This document shows positions 25,076 through 30,798 of a stretch of 32,000 nt of DNA, piece by piece; within the stretch, counting starts at the first letter, position 1, and the number at the start of each line of letters is the position of its first letter. Under the pieces are notes generated by a model. It was not told where the DNA came from. It saw only the letters and a list, made by a program, of their open reading frames with translations, and did no database searches. A program made the translations under genes and the position numbers. Source of the DNA: Mesobacillus jeotgali (GTDB lineage Bacteria > Bacillota > Bacilli > Bacillales > Cytobacillaceae). The stretch spans positions 883,526 through 915,525 of the forward strand of contig NZ_CP025025.1 in the NCBI RefSeq assembly GCF_002874535.1, in the 5' to 3' direction.

Positions 25076-26137
25076 TTAACCGCAGCTGGCGGCTCCAGTT
25101 TCTGTCTCGAGTTTTGTGTTTAGCTGTTTCAAAGGATAATCCTTAACCTTCTCGTTGGTAATTGGAAGGATACCATTGATTTCCGCATTGGATGTCCATA
25201 CTCTCATGCCATCTTTCATGGCATAGGCTTCATATCCCAGCATATTGAGAATCCGTGCAGCTTTACTGGACATGGTGCCGTCATGGTCAATGAGGACAAT
25301 CTTTTTCTCAGGAGACAATTTCTTAAGCTGTTCAAGCTCTGCCAGCGATTCATAGGCGATATTGATTGCACCAGGAATATGGCCTGCTACATATTCATTT
25401 GAAGGCCTTAGATCGACTAATAAGAGACCATTCGACTTATTTTTAATAGATTCCTGGATAGCCGCGGGTTTCATGATCGGTGGAAGTCCGGTTTTCAGAT
25501 AGTCATCAGCACTTCCTAAAATAGCTGCGGTTTCGTCGGAATACTTCTTGGTTGCAGGAGCTGGGAGCTTATGGTTACCGGCTTTCGTTTCGGTTGCCTC
25601 CACTTCATAATCGAAAGTTTTTTGTGGAAGGGGAGTTCCCAAATCCGCATCACTAGTCCAGCCGCCCATCCCGTTTACCATTGGAACAGCGTCATATCCG
25701 AGCATATTCCAAAGGGCTGCTGTCTGACTTGCTGTATGGCCGCTATAACAAATTACCAGGATTTTTTTATCCTTTGGCAAATTAGCGATTTGATTCGGAT
25801 CGGCTGTCATACTGTATGGAATATTGACAGACCCTTCGATATGACCAGCAGCAAATGCAGCTGTATCACGGACATCGACAATGAAGTAGGATGAGTCGTA
25901 ATTCAAAATCATCTTTTCGAAAATTTCCTCTGCTGTAATGGACTCTACAGGTTTTTTCAGGTAAGCAACAGCAGTTTGCTGTACGACTGAAAAAACATTG
26001 AGCTCGTCACTTTGTCCATTTACTTTCGGTTGGACTTTCGTTGAATTTTGCTCGGTACCGCATCCTCCAGTGAAAATCAGCATAGTACCGGCCAACAGGA
26101 ATAATATTTTTTTTCCAAACAGCTTCAAAGCTCTCAC
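25076..26137 (-). CDS. Exported lipoprotein with two rhodanese domains (SrrE-like position)
   Basis: Signal peptide with lipobox-like FTGGC. Domain 1 has loop VICYSGHTASQ with Cys; domain 2 has LIDHDGTMSS with Asp in place of Cys. Start is GTG 26137 or, better spaced from GAGGTG, TTG 26128. Confidence 0.8.
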   Translation of the reverse strand: MRALKLFGKKILFLLAGTMLIFTGGCGTEQNSTKVQPKVNGQSDELNVFSVVQQTAVAYLKKPVESITAEEIFEKMILNYDSSYFIVDVRDTAAFAAGHIEGSVNIPYSMTADPNQIANLPKDKKILVICYSGHTASQTAALWNMLGYDAVPMVNGMGGWTSDADLGTPLPQKTFDYEVEATETKAGNHKLPAPATKKYSDETAAILGSADDYLKTGLPPIMKPAAIQESIKNKSNGLLLVDLRPSNEYVAGHIPGAINIAYESLAELEQLKKLSPEKKIVLIDHDGTMSSKAARILNMLGYEAYAMKDGMRVWTSNAEINGILPITNEKVKDYPLKQLNTKLETETGAASCG

Positions 26138-26432
26138 CTCTCTGCTGGCGGATATACCGCCAAAATATTGATTTTGAATTGAATCAAACGGTGGGAATGT
26201 ACACCTCCATTCTTTTGAATGCCTATACTCCTATAGGTTTCAGAATTTGTAAAAAAAAATTAAGCGCTTAAGTTATTTTTACCATCAGGGGTAAGTCTAT
26301 TGCTGTGGAAATTCAGTTACTATTTTCGAGAATGGAGCAAGAAGTAAGGGGATTCACCTATAATTAATTTGAATTTTTTGCATATTTCACACTTAAAACA
26401 CAATCGTGAAAATTGCGTGGAATATTTTTACG

Positions 26433-26464
26433 AAAAAAAAGTCCGCAGCTAGAACTGCGGACTT
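26433..26464 (-). terminator. Rho-independent terminator after the purine permease gene
   Basis: On the minus strand: AAGTCCGCAG-N6-CTGCGGACTT followed by TTTTTTTT. Confidence 0.8.
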
Positions 26465-26472
26465 GGTGCTTA

Positions 26473-27765
26473 TTAAACATAGATAAAATAACCAACAAAC
26501 AAGAAACCAAGTACATACATAATAGGATGGACTTCTCTAAGCTTGCCCATGCCAAGCATCATCAATGGATAAAGGATGAAACCAAGTGCGATTCCTGTTG
26601 CGACACTGAAGGTGAGCGGCATCATGATGATTGTTACGAATGAAGGAATAATCACAGCAAGGTTGCTCCAGTTGATTTTACTGATTTCAGTTGCCATCAA
26701 CGCGCCAACAATAATGAGTGCCGGAGCTGTAACTTCCGGCGTTATGACGGATAGGATCGGAGAGAAAAGCATCGCCACGCCAAAGCAAGCCGCAATGATC
26801 ACGGAAGTGAAGCCGGTCCGTCCGCCAACCGCAATGCCTGCTGATGATTCAACGAATGACGCTGTTGTGGAGGTACCAAGTACAGCTCCAGCAACAGCCG
26901 AGCCTGCGTCCGCAAGAAGTGCACGGCCTGCATTGGGAATTTTATTATCCTTCATCAGACCAGCCTGGCTGGCTACCGCAATCAATGCTCCAGCAGTATC
27001 AAAGAAAGCAACAAACAAGAATGTGAAAATGACGGCAAGGACATCAGGAGAGAAAATATCTCCCAGGTGATTGAAGACGACACCAAACGTTGGTGAGATG
27101 TCAGGAACCGAACCGACGATTGCAGTAGGTTTTTCAATCAAGCCCGTGAAAATTCCAACGATTGTCGCAATCACCATTCCATAAAAGATGCCGCCACTGA
27201 TTCCACGGACCATCATGATGACACTGACGATGAAGCCGAAGAGAGCCAGCAGGACAGGACCTGATGTCAGGTTGCCGATAGAGACAAAAGTCGCTTCGCT
27301 GCCAACGATGATACCCGCATTCTTCAATCCGATGAAGGCGACGAAGAAACCGATTCCCGCAGCGATTGCATGCTTAAGATCCTGCGGGATGACATTGATG
27401 ATTTTTTCGCGGATCTTCAAAAGGCTGAGGATGACGAACAGGACACCTGCGATGAACACACCAGTAAGGGCGACCTCCCATTTGACTCCCATCCCGATGC
27501 TGACGGTAAAAGTGAAAAATGAATTCAAGCCCATGCTTGGAGCAATTCCAATAGGGAAGTTAGCAAGCAGGCCAATAAGAAGGGAACCGATGATGGCTGA
27601 TAGAGCTGTAGCTGTAAAAACAGCCCCCTTATCCATGCCTGCCTGGCTAAGGATTAATGGATTGACGACAAGAATGTATGCCATCGATAAGAATATCGTA
27701 ATACCTGCGAGTGTTTCCTGTTTATAATTTGTATTTCGTTCTGCAAACTGGAAAAAGTTTTTCAT
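26473..27765 (-). CDS. NCS2/AzgA-family guanine-hypoxanthine permease (PbuG/PbuO-like)
   Basis: ATG at 27765 follows AGGAGG. MKNFFQFAERNTNYKQETLAGITIFLSMAYILVVNPLILSQAGMDKGAVFTATA is the conserved PbuG/PbuO N-terminus. The ORF-track start at 27879 would run through the riboswitch terminator. Confidence 0.9.
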   Translation of the reverse strand: MKNFFQFAERNTNYKQETLAGITIFLSMAYILVVNPLILSQAGMDKGAVFTATALSAIIGSLLIGLLANFPIGIAPSMGLNSFFTFTVSIGMGVKWEVALTGVFIAGVLFVILSLLKIREKIINVIPQDLKHAIAAGIGFFVAFIGLKNAGIIVGSEATFVSIGNLTSGPVLLALFGFIVSVIMMVRGISGGIFYGMVIATIVGIFTGLIEKPTAIVGSVPDISPTFGVVFNHLGDIFSPDVLAVIFTFLFVAFFDTAGALIAVASQAGLMKDNKIPNAGRALLADAGSAVAGAVLGTSTTASFVESSAGIAVGGRTGFTSVIIAACFGVAMLFSPILSVITPEVTAPALIIVGALMATEISKINWSNLAVIIPSFVTIIMMPLTFSVATGIALGFILYPLMMLGMGKLREVHPIMYVLGFLFVGYFIYV

Positions 27766-27802
27766 GTGTGCTGTCCTCCTGGTTGGTTTTGATGATGAAA
27801 AT

Positions 27803-27834
27803 AAAAAAACTCCGGCAGATTTATGCTGCCGGAG
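27803..27834 (-). terminator. Riboswitch expression-platform terminator
   Basis: On the minus strand: ACTCCGGCAG-cataaat-CTGCCGGAGT followed by TTTTTTT, between the aptamer and the permease SD. Confidence 0.8.
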
Positions 27835-27883
27835 TACCACAAAGGACAAATAGATGCTAAAAAGAATAGCAAATATCAATGTC

Positions 27884-27952
27884 CCTTGTAGTCACGCTTT
27901 TTACGGTAGCATGGTAGAAACGTCCGAGCCATATTCTCGAACATATACAAGG
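27884..27952 (-). promoter_or_regulatory. Purine riboswitch aptamer, guanine/hypoxanthine type
   Basis: The minus-strand RNA is CCUUGUAUAUGUUCGAGAAUAUGGCUCGGACGUUUCUACCAUGCUACCGUAAAAAGCGUGACUACAAGG. P1 is CCUUGUA/UACAAGG, P2 is UCGAG/CUCGG, P3 is CAUGCU/AGCGUG. Conserved AUAUGG, GUUUCUACC and ACCGUAAA are present. The specificity position reads C (GACUAC). Confidence 0.88.
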
Positions 27953-27982
27953 AAAAGATTATAGATTTAAATAATACTAGTG

Positions 27983-28011
27983 ATAGTATCAGCATTTTAC
28001 ATCGAGGTCAA
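27983..28011 (-). promoter_or_regulatory. Sigma-A-type promoter for the riboswitch-permease transcript
   Basis: On the minus strand: TTGACC, 17 nt, TACTAT, about 30 nt upstream of the aptamer. Confidence 0.55.
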
Positions 28012-28099
28012 TTGCAATTCTTAAAGTTTATCTATTTGTTTTTTTCTGATTATTAGGGAAGATGGAAGCTAGTTGGTATATCTGTTTGCCAATCTCCAT

Positions 28100-28204
28100 G
28101 TCGCGGAATTACCGTGGGAAATCGCGGAATAACTATGGATTATCGCGGAATACACTTGTGAATTAGCGGAATAACCTTACGTTATCGCGGAATTCGAAAT
28201 GTAA
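28100..28204. repeat. Five direct repeats phased at exactly 21 bp, core T(C/A)GCGGAAT
   Basis: Cores start at 28101, 28122, 28143, 28164 and 28185. The units are GTCGCGGAATTACCGTGGGAA, ATCGCGGAATAACTATGGATT, ATCGCGGAATACACTTGTGAA, TTAGCGGAATAACCTTACGTT and ATCGCGGAATTCGAAATGTAA. Confidence 0.85.
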
Positions 28205-28214
28205 GTGTCCCAAA

Positions 28215-28289
28215 GGTGGCATGACTTTGGACAAAATCACAAGGGAAGGCCACCATTTTGTCCGAACCAGGGGTAACTTTGGACAAAAT
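28215..28289. repeat. Alternating inverted repeats (mutually exclusive hairpins)
   Basis: TTTGGACAAAAT (28226-28237), ATTTTGTCCGAA (28255-28266), TTTGGACAAAAT (28278-28289). In addition GGTGGC (28215-28220) pairs with GCCACC (28249-28254). Confidence 0.7.
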
Positions 28290-28470
28290 GAAAGAGAGAA
28301 TCCGCCACAAGTATACTAGTCTGCCAGTTTTCAACCAAATTAGCAGTTTTTTTGATAATATTAAGAAAATACAGCTTACAACAGATAAAATTCGTTATAA
28401 ACGCGAACAAAAGTCCGGAGAAATCATAGTAAATGCTGAATTACATAAGATAAGAAGCGAGGAGACATAA
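28288..28470 (+). CDS. Doubtful small basic ORF (60 aa) directly upstream of the CBS gene
   Basis: ATG at 28288 lies inside the repeat and has no convincing SD. The product is Lys/Arg-rich (MKERIRHKYTSLPVFNQISSFFDNIKK...). The stop lies 2 nt before the next start, whose SD GAGGAG sits in its last codons. It may be leader sequence rather than a gene. Confidence 0.3.
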   Translation: MKERIRHKYTSLPVFNQISSFFDNIKKIQLTTDKIRYKREQKSGEIIVNAELHKIRSEET

Positions 28471-28472
28471 AA

Positions 28473-29195
28473 TTGGCTGTTATTCAAAATGAAAAAAGAT
28501 CTGAGAGATTTGAAGTGGCGTTCAACCAGATTCATCGGTGGATGCAGAGGAATTCTAGGAATGAGACGACTGATAAATTTTCAGAATTGCTGCGGATTAA
28601 TTATCCGAGACATTCGATCATCCGCAAATATTATCATGACTTAAAAATGTATGGGCGACTGCGGAATTCGCTTGTGCATGACAAAATTGCGCTGGATTTT
28701 TACATAGCTGAACCGCATGAAAAAGTAGTAGAGAAAATTGAAATGATCGCCAGTCAGGTTTCAGATCCGAAGAATTCACTTGAAATCGCAACAAGACCAG
28801 TGTTTTATTTTAAAGAAGATACCAGTTTAGTTGATGTCTTGAAAATCATCCAGAAAAGGGCCTATTCCCAGTTTCCTGTCTATGATGATAATGGTTTCAA
28901 ATGGTTGTTGACTTCGAATTGCATTGCCCAATGGCTTGCGAGTAATCTGCTGGAAGGGGGCAGGACGATAGAGGATGCAAAAATCAGCGACCTGGAATAT
29001 CTTCATTCAAAGAGATTTGTAGAATTTGCACCGAAGAATTCTGATATATTTTCGGTAGAGGATATTTTTGAAAAGTACCATCTTGAAAACAGAAAGCTGG
29101 AAGCAGTAGTAATCACTGAAAATGGAAAAGCCTCCGAGCGGCCGATCGGGATTATCACTCCCTGGGATTTAGTTGAAATCGATGCATTGGATTAA
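28473..29195 (+). CDS. CBS-pair protein with a ~95-aa N-terminal helical domain carrying an RNxxxH motif (HEPN-like)
   Basis: TTG start 8 nt after GAGGAG. 240 aa. The N-domain is ...FSELLRINYPRHSIIRKYYHDLKMYGRLRNSLVHDK.... The C-terminal half has two CBS motifs (ATRPVFYFKEDTSLVDVLKII...FPVYDDNG and FVEFAPKNSDIFSVEDIF...AVVITENG...IGIITPWDLVEI). Confidence 0.8.
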   Translation: MAVIQNEKRSERFEVAFNQIHRWMQRNSRNETTDKFSELLRINYPRHSIIRKYYHDLKMYGRLRNSLVHDKIALDFYIAEPHEKVVEKIEMIASQVSDPKNSLEIATRPVFYFKEDTSLVDVLKIIQKRAYSQFPVYDDNGFKWLLTSNCIAQWLASNLLEGGRTIEDAKISDLEYLHSKRFVEFAPKNSDIFSVEDIFEKYHLENRKLEAVVITENGKASERPIGIITPWDLVEIDALD

Positions 29196-29370
29196 GTGTG
29201 TGCTGACTTAGTTGAATCCTTGTATGGGTATCTGAAATCCCTTTGTTAAGGAGTTTTTGACAACTTTTTGACCGGAATATGTGAATAATAAATGAACTAA
29301 ATGGCAAAACACCCCTGTTTGGAATTTAACTTACTATAATGATAGTGTAATCCAAATGGAGGTGCCAATA

Positions 29371-29691
29371 ATGAACGTAACAACGATTATTGAATTGGAA
29401 AATCGTGAAGTTGAGAAGATGGCTGGCGCAAAATTAGTATTTATACAGGAACAGATTGATGCAAATATCGTGGAAACATGCGTTGATTGTTTTAAATATG
29501 AAGGTTCTGAAGATTGCCTGGATACGGATGATGCAATGCAAAGAGTTTTTGAGACACTAAAAGCAGATGGACTGATCCCTGAAGCAGTGGAAGATTTTTC
29601 ATATGAAATGCCTTCTTGCGAGAGATTGAGAAAAGATGTTTATGAGGAACAGGACATGCCGCAAAAAGTGATTCTGAGCTTTGCAATATAA
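29371..29691 (+). CDS. Small acidic hypothetical protein (106 aa) with four Cys
   Basis: ATG at 29371 lies 8 nt after GGAGGTG. Acidic product with CVDC...EDC...PSC. Strong terminator at 29698-29729. No family recognised. Confidence 0.55.
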   Translation: MNVTTIIELENREVEKMAGAKLVFIQEQIDANIVETCVDCFKYEGSEDCLDTDDAMQRVFETLKADGLIPEAVEDFSYEMPSCERLRKDVYEEQDMPQKVILSFAI

Positions 29692-29697
29692 GACTTG

Positions 29698-29729
29698 AAA
29701 AAGGAGTTCTGTCGTGGAACTCCTTTTTT
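29698..29729 (+). terminator. Rho-independent terminator after the acidic-protein gene
   Basis: AAAAAGGAGTTC-N7-GAACTCCTTTTTT. Confidence 0.8.
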
Positions 29730-29859
29730 AAATTGGTTAACACTTTTTTGACCAATTTTTACTAAAAACGTGACTTTTATCAAAGAGAAGCCTGACAGAA
29801 ATTTATATAATGAAGTTGACCTTAAATGAAAACGCTTTCAACTAGGGAGGTGGGAACCT

Positions 29860-30537
29860 GTGAAAAAAGGTGCGGACATTACCATTATTACCGGCCATTT
29901 TGGCAGCGGAAAAACAGAGATATCAATTAATCTAGCACTGGAGGCAAGGAAGACAAATGCCAGGACAGCAGTTGCTGACCTCGACATCGTTAATCCATAT
30001 TACCGTGCGAGGGACGCCAGAAATATTTTTGAACAAAATGGAATTGAACTTATTGCCCCTGCTGAAAGGCTTGCAGCCGCTGATTTGCCGATTGTTCCAG
30101 GCGATATGAGCAGGGTGATCTATGACCCGGCCTATAAGCTGATCGTCGATGCTGGAGGAGATAAAGATGGAGCTACGGCACTGGGGCAATTTTACAACGA
30201 TTGGAATGAGATGAAGCCCGAGGTGCTGTTCATTTTGAATGCAAACCGTCCATATGTCAGCACTCTGGAAGGGGCGGTTGAGACATTACAGAAAATTGAA
30301 AGTGCCTCCCGGCTGAAGATTACAGGAATCATCAATAACTCGAATGTGGGATCGGAGACGACACTTCAGGATGTTGAAAAGGGATTAATTTTAAGCAGGG
30401 AGCTATCAGATACTCTGGGGATTCCTTTGTTATACACGATGGTACCGCAGCATTTATCAGCCGAAAGTCTTGGAATTGAAACGGAGTCCCCAGTGAAAGT
30501 GATTACGAGGTATTTAAAATTGCCATGGGAAATTTAA
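29860..30537 (+). CDS. P-loop NTPase (SIMIBI-class, G3E/MinD-like) heading the oxidoreductase operon
   Basis: GTG start follows GGGAGGTGG. Walker A ITGHFGSGKTE, Walker B/switch II KLIVDAGGD, and a degenerate NKxD-like IINNSN. 225 aa. The stop lies just before the ferredoxin-subunit SD. Confidence 0.75.
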   Translation: MKKGADITIITGHFGSGKTEISINLALEARKTNARTAVADLDIVNPYYRARDARNIFEQNGIELIAPAERLAAADLPIVPGDMSRVIYDPAYKLIVDAGGDKDGATALGQFYNDWNEMKPEVLFILNANRPYVSTLEGAVETLQKIESASRLKITGIINNSNVGSETTLQDVEKGLILSRELSDTLGIPLLYTMVPQHLSAESLGIETESPVKVITRYLKLPWEI

Positions 30538-30551
30538 AGGAGGCAAATACG

Positions 30552-30782
30552 GTGGAGCAGAGAGTTGTTTTTAATGAAGAGACTTGTAAATCATGCAAGC
30601 TGTGCGTGAACGCTTGTCCGACAAATGTAATTTATCTTGCTGATTACTTGAATGAAAAAGGCTACCGGCCGGCGGTTGTGACAGACCAGGAAAATTGCAT
30701 CAGCTGCGGCAAGTGCGCGCAAATGTGTCCGGATTCGGTGATCACTGTTTATAGGCCAGAAAAGGTAAGGAAATCTGTATAG
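30552..30782 (+). CDS. 2-oxoacid:ferredoxin oxidoreductase delta subunit (2x[4Fe-4S] ferredoxin)
   Basis: GTG at 30552 lies 8 nt after AAAGGAGG; the alternative ATG at 30525 overlaps the upstream gene. CKSCKLCVNACP and CISCGKCAQMCP are two ferredoxin motifs. Confidence 0.8.
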   Translation: MEQRVVFNEETCKSCKLCVNACPTNVIYLADYLNEKGYRPAVVTDQENCISCGKCAQMCPDSVITVYRPEKVRKSV

Positions 30783-30798
30783 CAAAGGAGATATGACA

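Noticed and set aside
26371-26391. Possible Fnr/Crp box near TCACA at 26387-26391, upstream of the reductase operon
   Set aside because: Only one half-site is present (TTTTG-N6-TCACA against TGTGA-N6-TCACA). That is not enough to call.
26576-27727. + strand ORFs 26576..27070 and 27188..27727
   Set aside because: They are antisense to the NCS2 permease gene. The products are Ala/Pro/Thr-rich shadow translations.
28101-28165. The 21-bp repeats read as a coding heptad repeat (SRNYRGK SRNNYGL SRNTLVN)
   Set aside because: The frame hits TAG in the fourth unit. There is no SD, and no ORF of meaningful length results.
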